Source: Candidatus Thorarchaeota archaeon SMTZ1-45 (GTDB lineage: Archaea > Asgardarchaeota > Thorarchaeia > Thorarchaeales > Thorarchaeaceae). Taken from it: a stretch of 56,662 bases of DNA. Positions 19,050-28,871 of the stretch are shown here, piece by piece (position 1 is the first letter of the stretch; each line of letters starts with the position of its first letter). The stretch lies in the NCBI GenBank assembly GCA_001563335.1, contig LRSL01000044.1:1-56662 (forward strand), in the 5' to 3' direction. A model generated the notes under the pieces. It did not search any database. It was not told where the DNA came from and saw only the letters and a list, made by a program, of their open reading frames with translations. A program made the translations under genes and the position numbers.

Positions 19050-20411
19050 ATGGTTGAGCAGATTGCTGTGATTGGTTGCGGAGCAGCTGGTGCTACTGCA
19101 GCACTGCAAGCACGGAAATTCAATAGAAGCGTTGAGATATCAATATTCAATTCAGAGCCTTACTCACAATATTCTAGGTGTGGCTTACCATATACCATCT
19201 CTGGAAAAGTTGGTGCATTCGAAGACCTAGTTCTGATGCCTCCAGATAACTGGGGCGCCTTGAAGATTGACACCAAGCTCGGTGTTACAGTCACAGATAT
19301 CGATCATAAGTCTAAGGAGATTATTTTTTCAGGTGAAGGTGGTGCGAGTAGACAAAATTATGATGCCTTGATTTTCGCTACTGGAGCAGAGAATGCTGAT
19401 CCTCCTATCAAAGGACTTGATAAGAAACGAGTCTATGGTCTACGAACACTTGATGACGCAAAAGCGCTCTCTTTAGAGGTTGATATGGCTAAAACCGCTG
19501 TTATTATTGGGGGCGGTCTTGTCGGAATGGAGGCTGCCGAAGCTTTTCATGAACGAGGGCTTGATGTTACAGTTGTTGAGTTCCTCCCCCATATACTACT
19601 AGCAATGGTTGATCCAGATATGGCTGCAATTGTTGAGGAACATTGTATCGAACATGGTCTGAAGATTCTAAATAATACTGCAGCTCAACAGATTACTGGC
19701 AAGGAAACTCCAGAAACAGTTGTGGTCAAGAATCGTGAAACTGAACAAGTATCAGAGATACCTGCGGATTTTGTTGTTGTTGCCACAGGAGTACGACCAG
19801 TCACTGGGCTTGCTGAGAAAATGGGTGTGAAGATTGGAACAACTCGAGGGATTATGACCAATGAAAAGATGATGACAAATATTGACCAAGTCTATGCGTG
19901 CGGAGACTGCGCAGAGAATTTCGAGTTCATAACACGCAAACCAATGGCAGGAGGCTTAGGCACAGTTGCAGTCAGACAAGCTCGAGTTTCGGGGATTAAT
20001 GCAGCTGGTGGTGATGTTACATTCCCAGGTATCGTTGGAGCAAAGGTCACAAAGCTCTTTGGTCTTGAGATTGCTAGCACTGGATTCACAGAAGATATGG
20101 CAAATCGGTTTGAGATTCCCATAGTTAAAGGGTCAATGAAGGGCAGCACAAAACCTCCTTACTATATCGGAGGCAAAGAGCTTAAGCTTAAGACTTTCTA
20201 TAATAAAGAAACAGGCAAGCTCGTGGGTGGTCAACTTGTTGGAGAGGAGGATGCAGCAATGCGTCTTAATGTTTTAACATTAGGAATACAACAAGATATC
20301 GACGCAGCTGAACTATTTGACTTTGAGAATTGCTATGCTCCAGCAATCTGCGATACATGGGATCCATTGGTTTCATCTGCAGATGCAGCTCGTCGAAGAC
20401 TCAAGATATAG
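19050..20411 (+). CDS. FAD-dependent NADH oxidase / CoA-disulfide reductase family protein
   Basis: Start placed at ATG 19050; IGCGAAG, redox Cys in YSRCGLPY, IGGGLVGME, VYACGDC, C-terminal YAP dimerisation motif. Confidence 0.88.
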   Translation: MVEQIAVIGCGAAGATAALQARKFNRSVEISIFNSEPYSQYSRCGLPYTISGKVGAFEDLVLMPPDNWGALKIDTKLGVTVTDIDHKSKEIIFSGEGGASRQNYDALIFATGAENADPPIKGLDKKRVYGLRTLDDAKALSLEVDMAKTAVIIGGGLVGMEAAEAFHERGLDVTVVEFLPHILLAMVDPDMAAIVEEHCIEHGLKILNNTAAQQITGKETPETVVVKNRETEQVSEIPADFVVVATGVRPVTGLAEKMGVKIGTTRGIMTNEKMMTNIDQVYACGDCAENFEFITRKPMAGGLGTVAVRQARVSGINAAGGDVTFPGIVGAKVTKLFGLEIASTGFTEDMANRFEIPIVKGSMKGSTKPPYYIGGKELKLKTFYNKETGKLVGGQLVGEEDAAMRLNVLTLGIQQDIDAAELFDFENCYAPAICDTWDPLVSSADAARRRLKI

Positions 20412-20889
20412 CTCGCTCGTTTGATATTGTTTTTATGTTATTCAATGCAAACTGAAAAGAGCTTAGCTGAATTGGTGAACTTGCGACAAGTAAAATTTTG
20501 TTAAGATCACAAACTGTCTTCGAATGACTCGCAATTGCTCTTACAATTTCCTCAGCAACTTCCCAGCTTGGAATTCTTGAAACCTCAAGCCCCATAGTAA
20601 AGAATCCAACCTTTCTGGCCTTTAAGCCAATTGCTGTTTCCATAGCCCATAAAGCTGTAGAGTAAATGACTGCGCGACGGTCTGGATTCTTCAAAGAGAT
20701 GCCTGGCCAGTAAAGGACTTCTTTAGCGTTACTGTTCTCTCTAACAGTTATGGTTGCTTTTTCTCTTTCGAGTTCAATATCTTTCGCTTTTACTACTACA
20801 TCAATGTCTGAATCGTCTTTATACCCAAGCTCAACTTTGACAATGAGGTTTCCTAGAGACCATCCTTCCAAGACTATTATTCCTCGCAT
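20401..20889 (-). CDS. Degenerate macrodomain-like protein
   Basis: Collinear with the neighbouring macrodomain (LGNLIVKVELG..DSDIDVVV; KVGFFTMGLEVSRIPSWEVAEEIVRAI..LNKILLV) but lacks GDIT, NAAN and the Gly-rich loops. Confidence 0.55.
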   Translation of the reverse strand: MRGIIVLEGWSLGNLIVKVELGYKDDSDIDVVVKAKDIELEREKATITVRENSNAKEVLYWPGISLKNPDRRAVIYSTALWAMETAIGLKARKVGFFTMGLEVSRIPSWEVAEEIVRAIASHSKTVCDLNKILLVASSPIQLSSFQFALNNIKTISNERAIS

Positions 20890-21404
20890 TCATTAATTGC
20901 ATTATTGAAACAGTCACAAGTATATTCGTTAAAACCTACAAGGGTAATTTCCTTCACTGAACCCGGTCTACGAACATAGTGGATAATTCCTTCAATGATT
21001 GCTTTTGCAGATTGTTCCTCAGTTAAACCGCCTACTCCAGCACCAATTGCGGGAAATGCTAATGAAGTCAGATTATGGTTTGATGCTATGCTGAGAGCAG
21101 CTTGAACTGATGACAACACTTTCCAATAGGTTGCTCTCCCACCTGGAGGCATTCCGGCACAATGAATCACATATTTTGATGGAAGTGCCCCAGCTGTGGT
21201 CATTACTGCCTCACCTGGTCTGATTGGACCCATAGATAGAGCTTCATCTTCTATCTGCTGACCACCTTTTGATTTGATGGCTCCTGCAACACCTGACCCC
21301 ATCCAGAGATCAGAATTAGCGGCATTGGCAATAGCATCAACGGCTAGGTCAGTAATATCCCCAATGTAGGTTTTGACTAAAATATCACCTACTTTTTTCT
21401 CCAT
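20877..21404 (-). CDS. Macrodomain protein (MacroD/Af1521-type ADP-ribose binding or hydrolase)
   Basis: Start placed at ATG 21404; GDIT, DAIANAAN, MGSGVAGAI, YVIH, AFPAIGAGVGG. Confidence 0.9.
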   Translation of the reverse strand: MEKKVGDILVKTYIGDITDLAVDAIANAANSDLWMGSGVAGAIKSKGGQQIEDEALSMGPIRPGEAVMTTAGALPSKYVIHCAGMPPGGRATYWKVLSSVQAALSIASNHNLTSLAFPAIGAGVGGLTEEQSAKAIIEGIIHYVRRPGSVKEITLVGFNEYTCDCFNNAINECEE

Positions 21405-21501
21405 GAACCACAACCCCATTTGGAGTATAAGATATATGGAATCATTTTCGTAAAAGGTTGTTGTCCCACAACCTTTATGCTTCATATTCCTTCATTTTCT
21501 G

Positions 21502-22092
21502 ATGGCGAGTCTTCTGAACGATATCAATAATGATGAGTTGGTAACTCTAATAGAGAAATATGGCCAACCTAAGGCAAATGAGTTTACCACAGATTTTCTT
21601 GATTTTGAGTGCGCCCTCGTGAAACGTACAGAGTCAAAGGGCCGACTGCATGATATTACGTGCTTCATTCGACAAGATGATGGAAATTATGTAGTAATTC
21701 AGAAACCACAATACGCAAGAACAGGAATCTATAGGGCTCCATCTGGAGGTGCATCTATCGGTGAATCTCTCGAAAATGCTGCTATCCGAGAGATGCATGA
21801 AGAAACTGGTTTAACAATTCAACTGACCCATTTTGTTTTAGACTTACGACTTAATGTTGTCTGCAAAGATCGTACAATTCCTTGGAGGTCTTTTGTATTT
21901 CTCGCAAAGCCAATAGACGGTGAAATGAGACCAGTAGATACGAGAGAGATCTTTGATGTAACTACAATGACCCGTGAACAACTAGAGGGAAATGTGACAA
22001 AGCTCATGGAAGACTCAGGATGGGGTGGATTTAAGTATCGCGCTTTCTTAACACGTGAATTCTTTAAACGACTTGATGAGCTGAATATCTGA
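21502..22092 (+). CDS. Nudix hydrolase
   Basis: Nudix box GGASIGESLENAAIREMHEETGL. Confidence 0.88.
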   Translation: MASLLNDINNDELVTLIEKYGQPKANEFTTDFLDFECALVKRTESKGRLHDITCFIRQDDGNYVVIQKPQYARTGIYRAPSGGASIGESLENAAIREMHEETGLTIQLTHFVLDLRLNVVCKDRTIPWRSFVFLAKPIDGEMRPVDTREIFDVTTMTREQLEGNVTKLMEDSGWGGFKYRAFLTREFFKRLDELNI

Positions 22093-22211
22093 CCTTGTGT
22101 TACTCGATTCCATATTTTACTTTGTACACGAGGAATCTCAGAGCAGAGACACTCCGACAGATTGAGTTTCCCAGAATAATACAAAAAAAAACTCAACACT
22201 TTAACTTATTA

Positions 22212-22340
22212 CCCCACGATCCCTGGCGGCGGACTCTGCTCGTTTACTAATTCGATTCTCTAGGAACACTAAGTTATCATCATTCAACCGCGTGTCCTAC
22301 CCACGAAAGAGCAATCGTAAGGATGTAGGTCAGAGTTGCC
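22212..22340 (-). ncRNA. Candidate structured RNA (three-way junction) of unknown class, or structured 3' UTR
   Basis: Closing stem GGCAACUCUG/CAGAGUCCGCC, hairpin CCUAC..CUUACGA/UCGUGGGUAGG and a second long irregular hairpin; T9 tract downstream on the minus strand (22183-22191). Confidence 0.35.
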
Positions 22341-22942
22341 TAATCACTAGAAAGTTTAGTGATTAACTCCTCGCAGAATTGTTCTACTATCAGGGTTACC
22401 CTATCTTTACTTTCTTCTGTGCCAAAGAGCGAAGTCAGCAGATTGAGCAGAGCCAGATTATGCAACATCGAAACAGAAAATTCATTCTTGGAGTAGAAGT
22501 CAGAGATTCGATCATCTACTATTTTAGCAGCATCATCTCTTCCAAGACGCTGTATCGCTTCATTTCTGATCTCATACATACATGCTTCGAACTCTCTTGT
22601 CTGAAGAGATTGTCTAATTGGTCCAATCAGGAAATTTGCAGATAGCTCATCAGTGAGATTGTGACTTCCGAGTTCACGCACACTATCATTGAATTGTAGA
22701 AGAACTGGTTCAACCTCAAATGGTATTTTCTTAGCTATTTCTTGGAGAAATAAGCGAAATTCTTTCCTACGAATCAAGTGAAGGTGGCGTTTGAATTCAT
22801 CTTCAAAAGCGGCTACTACAGGACCAATTCCCTTTATTGATAAGCGGTGTTTCTTGTCACGACTGTATAAAACACCTTCCTCTTCAGAGTAGAACTGCAA
22901 GTGAACCAGATATTTCACCATGAGTTCTAATTGGTCTGTCAT
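22340..22942 (-). CDS. Hypothetical all-alpha protein
   Basis: 200-aa ORF with ATG start and protein-like composition; no motif recognised. Confidence 0.7.
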   Translation of the reverse strand: MTDQLELMVKYLVHLQFYSEEEGVLYSRDKKHRLSIKGIGPVVAAFEDEFKRHLHLIRRKEFRLFLQEIAKKIPFEVEPVLLQFNDSVRELGSHNLTDELSANFLIGPIRQSLQTREFEACMYEIRNEAIQRLGRDDAAKIVDDRISDFYSKNEFSVSMLHNLALLNLLTSLFGTEESKDRVTLIVEQFCEELITKLSSD

Positions 22943-23007
22943 CTCTCAACAACACTGTCCAACGCAGCAATTCAACATATATCCCTACCTAGGAGATTTG
23001 TGAAATT

Positions 23008-23040
23008 AAAAAGATAAATGGGTGGGGTGACCCCCAGCCC
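23008..23040 (-). terminator. Hairpin plus T-rich terminator of the carbamoyltransferase gene
   Basis: Minus strand GGGCTGGGG-GTCA-CCCCACCC followed by ATTTATCTTTT. Confidence 0.6.
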
Positions 23041-23049
23041 GTTTTCGAA

Positions 23050-24096
23050 TTATCGCATTGTCAACGCCATTACAGCTTTTTGAGCATGTAGTCGGTTTTC
23101 AGCCTGGTCAAAGGCTATTGATTGAGGTCCATCAATTACCGAGTTAGAAACCTCAAATCCTCGATCACAAGGTAAGCAGTGCATGTATGCTGCCTTTGGT
23201 CCTGCGATTTTCATCATGTCATCATCGCAAATCCAATGCTTGTTCTCATCGAACACTTCCTGTGACTTTTCAAGTTCAGGCTTGTCATTAAATGGCGGAA
23301 TGAATTCCTTGCAAGTCCAAGCTTTTGGATAGACAACATGAGCTCCCTCGAAGGCTTCCTCCATATCGTTCACGATTTCGAAGCTTGATTCATTCTCTTC
23401 TGAAAACTCTCTGCACTTATCGAGGATTCTGTCATCAAGCTCCATTCCTTTTGGATGCGCCAGGACAGTGTCAGCACCCATTTTTGTAGCTGCGATTATT
23501 GCACTTTGAGGGACCGCAAGTGGTTTGTGAACGGATGGAGAGTATGCCCAACTCATGACGAACTTGACACCCTTAAAAGTACCAAATTTCTCCTTGATAG
23601 TCATAATATCAGCTAATCCCTGACAGGGATGGTAAATATCATCCTCCATGTTAATAATTGGAATATGACTCCAGTGGGCAAAGTTATTGATAATCTCGTT
23701 CGCACGACCATAAATCCAGCCAACAGGGTCTCCATAGCATCTGATTGCGATTCCATGACCCATTCTTGCAAGAACTCGCGCTACATCTGAAACACGTTCC
23801 GTCGAATAGGCTTTCTCGTCACCTTCAAGAGCTGGAGCATATATCTTACCGGGGTCAAGAAAGTGTGCATGTCCACCTAACTGCGTCATTCCTGCTTCGA
23901 ATGAGTTCCGAGTTCGCAAGCTCTGGTTATAGAAAATCATGAACAATGTCTTTGCATCGAGAAGCTTATGAGGTTCACCCATCGCGAATTTACGCTTCAG
24001 ATCAAATGCAACCTCAAGGAGGGTCTCGATCTCCTCCTTCGTATAATCGAGTAAGGTTATGAAGTCCTTACCACGAAAGGTTTCCGTCTTAACCAT
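23050..24096 (-). CDS. Carbamoyltransferase, N-acylornithine / YgeW-like branch of the OTCase family
   Basis: SLRTRNSF, HPCQ, HCLP, QAENRLH; SWAYSPSVHKPLAVPQS and YPKAW replace the canonical OTCase DxxxSMG loop. Confidence 0.85.
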   Translation of the reverse strand: MVKTETFRGKDFITLLDYTKEEIETLLEVAFDLKRKFAMGEPHKLLDAKTLFMIFYNQSLRTRNSFEAGMTQLGGHAHFLDPGKIYAPALEGDEKAYSTERVSDVARVLARMGHGIAIRCYGDPVGWIYGRANEIINNFAHWSHIPIINMEDDIYHPCQGLADIMTIKEKFGTFKGVKFVMSWAYSPSVHKPLAVPQSAIIAATKMGADTVLAHPKGMELDDRILDKCREFSEENESSFEIVNDMEEAFEGAHVVYPKAWTCKEFIPPFNDKPELEKSQEVFDENKHWICDDDMMKIAGPKAAYMHCLPCDRGFEVSNSVIDGPQSIAFDQAENRLHAQKAVMALTMR

Positions 24097-24229
24097 GATT
24101 GGTCACAACCTCTTTAGTCGCATTGCAGCATATAGAAAAAGTTTGTCACTCGTTCAAATGGCGATGTGTGTATTCACTAACACAGACTCTTTTTTAACCG
24201 AGTTATGTTTATTCGCATTGGGGTTGTGA

Positions 24230-24556
24230 ATGGATATCATATTTGGACCAACCATTATGGTTCTTGTATTATTCTACACTGTTTGCTTCATATTCTGGAT
24301 AATAGTAAGAAGGGATAAGAAAAAGGTGAATCGTCTGAGGAAAATGGTTGGGGTTTTTCTAGTTTGGTTCATCATCAATTGGCTCTTCATCATGAATCTT
24401 CTCATGACCCCAGTTTCGTATGAACCTAGTCCAGTCGTTCCCAGCAATTTTGCCCTCTCCTATCTCCCTGTTTTTTTTGTGATATCGATTCCATTCATCA
24501 TTGACGTTTTAGATCAGTCTGGTAAGCCTGATAGAGAAATATCGCTTGTAGAATGA
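24230..24556 (+). CDS. Small 3-TM hypothetical membrane protein
   Basis: Three hydrophobic segments with a basic loop RRDKKKVNRLRK; TTTTTAA upstream. Confidence 0.65.
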   Translation: MDIIFGPTIMVLVLFYTVCFIFWIIVRRDKKKVNRLRKMVGVFLVWFIINWLFIMNLLMTPVSYEPSPVVPSNFALSYLPVFFVISIPFIIDVLDQSGKPDREISLVE

Positions 24557-24701
24557 TATTAAATCAGGGACTATGTGTTTTCAATGAAGTACTCGACAAC
24601 TACAGTGTAAATATCACAACATTGCAGTTAATAGAATGAATTCAAACACTAAATTATTGTAAAAAGGAAAGCAGAAGTCAGTCAGTTATATGTAGAATAA
24701 T

Positions 24702-25033
24702 ATGCAAACATATCCTCATCCACCACCGAATCCACCATTTTGACTCCTGACTTGGGGGCTTTTATTATCAGTATCTATGGATATGTTCGATTAACAAGCG
24801 AAGGCGAAGCTCGATTTGATGGCTCTAAAAAGGTATTAGCAATTGAAATGCTTGGAATAGCAATTGTTGCATTTCTTGAATCTTTGAATTATTGGAACTG
24901 GACATTACAGACTGAGGGACCCGAAACTGCCAATCTAATGCTAGTATGGACCGTATCAATGATGATTACCATTCCAACACTCATTGTCCCAATGATTGAT
25001 CTTTCTCTACAATGGAATCATCTAAGAAGATAG
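24702..25033 (+). pseudogene. Small 3-TM membrane protein with an apparently disrupted 5' end
   Basis: ATG 24702 reads MQTYPHPPPNPPF then TGA; the hydrophobic body continues in another frame (ORF 24740-25033) across a G5 run. Confidence 0.35.
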
Positions 25034-25124
25034 GATCAAGAAGCTAGTGTCGACATTTCATTTATCTACAATTACATCAAATAATATCTATTCGTAAGTT
25101 TTGCTTGATATGAGTGGATAATGG

Positions 25125-25682
25125 ATGAAAAGCTCATTCGGAATTCGAACTGTGTATATTGACTGTTATGACGCTCTTGGGTTCTTTGAAGAGAATTGCA
25201 AAAGAGTCAAGATTGTTATGTCTGCTATTGGTGGATCCAATTATCTTAAGAGAGAGTGGGTTTCTGGTCGCGCAGGGGGCGGAAGCTGGGCTAGAACCCT
25301 TCGGTGCGTCTTTGAGACTGACTTAGACCCAATCCATGTGAAGACCATGATGCTCGGTCTCCAGTATTTAGATCCAAAGGATGTTCCTGATATATTGCCA
25401 AGAGATGCGGATACTGGATTATTCAGATTTGCAAATTTTGATGTGTTTGATGTTCAGGAAGGAAGCGAAGAAAGTAAAGGTCGATTTAGTCGATTACTAA
25501 AGCAAACTGCAAAGAAAATCGAAATGGCTGAAGTGAAGTTCATTGGCGACCTTTCAGATTTCCTAGTAGCATGCAGAACACGTTTGATTGAAACTCTAGA
25601 CTCCGCCCCCCGTCAGATGCTACTCGAAATTGAGCAGCAGATTCTCGAAAGGCTAGAGGCTGAAGAGAGTGTGAGGACTTGA
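25125..25682 (+). CDS. Hypothetical protein
   Basis: 185-aa ORF, ATG start, alpha/beta-like composition; no family recognised. Confidence 0.7.
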   Translation: MKSSFGIRTVYIDCYDALGFFEENCKRVKIVMSAIGGSNYLKREWVSGRAGGGSWARTLRCVFETDLDPIHVKTMMLGLQYLDPKDVPDILPRDADTGLFRFANFDVFDVQEGSEESKGRFSRLLKQTAKKIEMAEVKFIGDLSDFLVACRTRLIETLDSAPRQMLLEIEQQILERLEAEESVRT

Positions 25683-25740
25683 CTGGATTTCTTTTCTGGA
25701 TGGTCTTTTAAGGAGCTATAATCTTTGTGGAGTTTAGTAA

Positions 25741-26190
25741 GTGGTATCAATGGATTCGATTATCGCTATGATTGAAGAGATTGTAAACAGAGAAACCAAG
25801 GCATGGGATACGCAAGATGTTGACTTATTGATGACTGTCTTTCACCATGATATGGTCTGGCCTTGGCCTCCCCATTCAAAGGCTCATGATCCGATGGATT
25901 GGGTCATTACTTGGGGTCGATACCATCCTGAACGGTGGCGACAGGGATGGCAAGACCTCTTTGACACCCACGAACTTATTCATAACATCCGAACAATCAA
26001 GAAGATAGAGGTTTCCAAAGAAGGAGACGGTGCATTCGCAGTTATTGACATAGATACTCTCTGGCGCGATGAAGTAGGAAATAACCGCCACTGGATTGGT
26101 CGAACATGCAAAATCTATTCCAAGGTTGAAAACGAATGGAAAATGACCGCGCAGATTGGTGTCCTAGATTATCATGATGTCATGATATAG
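25741..26190 (+). CDS. SnoaL/NTF2-like fold protein
   Basis: AWDTQDVDLLMTVFHHD, IEVSKEGDGAFAVIDIDT, IYSKVENEWKM pattern of the NTF2-like superfamily. Confidence 0.75.
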   Translation: MVSMDSIIAMIEEIVNRETKAWDTQDVDLLMTVFHHDMVWPWPPHSKAHDPMDWVITWGRYHPERWRQGWQDLFDTHELIHNIRTIKKIEVSKEGDGAFAVIDIDTLWRDEVGNNRHWIGRTCKIYSKVENEWKMTAQIGVLDYHDVMI

Positions 26191-26277
26191 CAGAACTTTG
26201 ATTTTCAATTTCTCCGAATGCTTAAAGGGAGCATTGAATATCTGATTCTAATTGAATTAACGAGAGTTGGAGAGAAG

Positions 26278-28860
26278 ATGAAAAGAAAGGTTGTGAACCT
26301 CGCTCTCTCATTCATCGGCCCAATAGCACTGATTGTTATTTTGACAATGCCTATTGGCCCACTGACTGGAGGGCTTGGTATCATCCAACCCATTGGTGGA
26401 ATTTTCGACAATGGTGCTCCGGAGCCTGGGGATCAAAGAATTGCTCTCCCTGGACTCAATGCCGAGGTTGAAGTGATAATCGACCATTTGGGAGTTCCCC
26501 ACATCTATGCTGAATCTACCTATGATGCCATGATGGCACTTGGGTATATGCATGCAAAAGATAGGCTGTTTCAAGTTGTGATGCAAAATGCCTTTGCAGC
26601 GGGACGAATCAGCGAGATAGTGGGTAGTGCGAGAGCGGGTGCTGTGAGCTCAGATATGTACTTTCGAGCAATAGGTCTGGCACGTTCAGCACAGGACACA
26701 CTTGACTGGTTTGAGGCAAATGCGGCTTCTGACCCAGACATTCAAGAAGGACTAGATAACATCTATGCGGAAGTTGAAGGCGCGAATGCATACATTAACT
26801 CCCTGACAAGTGCGACAATGCCAATTGAGTTTAAGATCCTAGGATATACCCCAGAACTTTGGACACCTGTCGACTGTTTCATCAATGCTAAAATGCTAGC
26901 TTGGGGTCTTGCTGGAGGATTGGCAGACTTCAATCGGCAATGGATTCGACAAACACTCGAGAATGATACCCTATACAATGATCTATTTCCTGATGTTATG
27001 CCCTACACAGTTCCGATAATACAGGAGCAGGTCAACCTCAGTCTTGCTGAGTATCCACTTGGTCCTGGTAAGATACCAGTAGCAGCTATTCCTGAACAGT
27101 CCTCTAGCATCACATTGGCTGAGGAAGCAATAATCTCTCAAGACAAGTTGGAGGCGGTGATCAGGATGATGACTGAGGTCGTCAAGCCATTTGGCGATAT
27201 GGAATTCGTTGGTAGCAATAATTGGGCAATCAACGGTTCTAAGTCATCGACAGGAATGCCCATTGTGGCCGGGGACCCACATCTCGAACATCAAGCACCA
27301 TCAGTCTGGTATGAAGCGCACATCGTTGTACCAGGGATTCTTGATGTGACTGGAACAACATTTCCAGGACTTCCCGCAGTTCTCATCGGTCACAATGACC
27401 ACATAGCATATAGCTTCACCAATGTTGGTGCTGATGTCAACGATGTCTTCGTTGAGCAACTTAATCCTGCGAATTCTGACCAATACATGTACAATGGAGA
27501 GTGGAGAAACTTCACCATCCATCAAGAGAACATTCACACAAAGGAGGGTGATGTCATTCCATTCACCGTTAAGGAATCAATCCACGGACCTTGCATCGAT
27601 TCTGTTTGGAACACCTACGGTTCAGATGCTGAATCGGAGCCAAACTTAGCGATGAACTGGACGATATCAGGTGTTACACATGAGATGATTGCAACAGCTC
27701 TACTGATGAAAGCTGATAATATCTCTGATGCTATAGATGCATTATACTGGTGGGACACAGCGGCTCAGAATTGTGTGCTTGGTGATGACTCTGGTAATAT
27801 CGGTATGCTAGTGGTTGGGCGTTTTCCAATACGAGCTGGATATACTGGTGAATACCCTGTGACTGCTCTCAATGACTCGGTTGGAATGGTGAGTTATGTC
27901 CCATATGCGCACAACCCTCGAGAAGTGAATCCCTCTCGAGGATTTGTCTCGTCAGCCAACCAGCGTACAATCGCTCCAGGAAATTATGCCTATGACATAC
28001 TTGGTCCACAAGCTGATGGATATCGAGGTAGGCGGATTTATCATCTCTTGGACGTGAATGATGACATTTCAGTAGATGACATGAAACGATTTCAGGCTGA
28101 TGTTGTAGAGGTCCGAGCAGAAGTCATAGTTCCCTACGTTGTTGATGCTTGGGATGCTGCGGGTGATGGAAATACAACCATTGCCAATGCAGTTGACCTG
28201 CTCCGAGTCTGGGAATATGACATGGAACCTGACTTAGTTGCGCCTACTATCTGGATGTATCTCATTAATGCATTGCACTATGAAATATTCGACGAGATTA
28301 GGACCATTGATAGTTCGGTTCCACTGTCGAGGAATCCAATCTTGGAGGAGCTCATTGTGACTGACAATGTTTGGTACTTAGATGACCATACTTCAGTGCC
28401 TGTTGAATCTCGTGACGAGATTCTTGTACGAGCATTAATTTCTGCTATCAATCAACTCACAGCAGAGTGGATTGATGAGCCTAATTGGGAATATGGAAAT
28501 CGTCATGTCATTGAAATTGACCATCTGGCTGGTTTCACTACTATTGGAGGCGAGAGACCTCTCCGTGGTCAAAAAACACTCAATGTGGCGGGAGGTTGGA
28601 GACCTGGGAGTGGTCCATCAACAAGACTGATTGCTGATATGAGTAACATCCAAATGTCGTACATGGCTTACCCAGGTGGACAGAGTGGGAATATCTTTAG
28701 TCCTCACTTTGCTGACATCTTTGAAATCTGGTACTCATTTGACGAGGTCACTGAGCATCATGGATATCATATTCTGTACTTCTACTCGACAGCAGATGCG
28801 TTTAGAGCTGCAGACACAGATGATACTCTCATCGAGAGAACCATCACCTTTGTACCATAG
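26278..28860 (+). CDS. Penicillin acylase family (peptidase S45) Ntn hydrolase, membrane-anchored/secreted
   Basis: Start placed at ATG 26278; N-terminal TM; GVPHIYA, GYMHAKDRLFQ, catalytic GSNNWAI, GDPHL, SANQ, PGGQSG. Confidence 0.92.
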   Translation: MKRKVVNLALSFIGPIALIVILTMPIGPLTGGLGIIQPIGGIFDNGAPEPGDQRIALPGLNAEVEVIIDHLGVPHIYAESTYDAMMALGYMHAKDRLFQVVMQNAFAAGRISEIVGSARAGAVSSDMYFRAIGLARSAQDTLDWFEANAASDPDIQEGLDNIYAEVEGANAYINSLTSATMPIEFKILGYTPELWTPVDCFINAKMLAWGLAGGLADFNRQWIRQTLENDTLYNDLFPDVMPYTVPIIQEQVNLSLAEYPLGPGKIPVAAIPEQSSSITLAEEAIISQDKLEAVIRMMTEVVKPFGDMEFVGSNNWAINGSKSSTGMPIVAGDPHLEHQAPSVWYEAHIVVPGILDVTGTTFPGLPAVLIGHNDHIAYSFTNVGADVNDVFVEQLNPANSDQYMYNGEWRNFTIHQENIHTKEGDVIPFTVKESIHGPCIDSVWNTYGSDAESEPNLAMNWTISGVTHEMIATALLMKADNISDAIDALYWWDTAAQNCVLGDDSGNIGMLVVGRFPIRAGYTGEYPVTALNDSVGMVSYVPYAHNPREVNPSRGFVSSANQRTIAPGNYAYDILGPQADGYRGRRIYHLLDVNDDISVDDMKRFQADVVEVRAEVIVPYVVDAWDAAGDGNTTIANAVDLLRVWEYDMEPDLVAPTIWMYLINALHYEIFDEIRTIDSSVPLSRNPILEELIVTDNVWYLDDHTSVPVESRDEILVRALISAINQLTAEWIDEPNWEYGNRHVIEIDHLAGFTTIGGERPLRGQKTLNVAGGWRPGSGPSTRLIADMSNIQMSYMAYPGGQSGNIFSPHFADIFEIWYSFDEVTEHHGYHILYFYSTADAFRAADTDDTLIERTITFVP

Positions 28861-28871
28861 GAGGTTATGAA

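Noticed and set aside
22240-22290. SECIS element (AUGA...GA in a 3' UTR)
   Set aside because: Helix above the putative quartet pairs poorly, no apical AA, and the upstream ORF has no in-frame TGA
22225-22340. 5S rRNA on the plus strand (about 116 nt, terminal helix, GAACAC-TAAGTTA resembling the 5S GAACAC..AAGTTAAG motif)
   Set aside because: Helices II/III and loop C/E consensus do not fit and inner stems pair better on the minus strand; kept only as an unknown RNA pending an Rfam search
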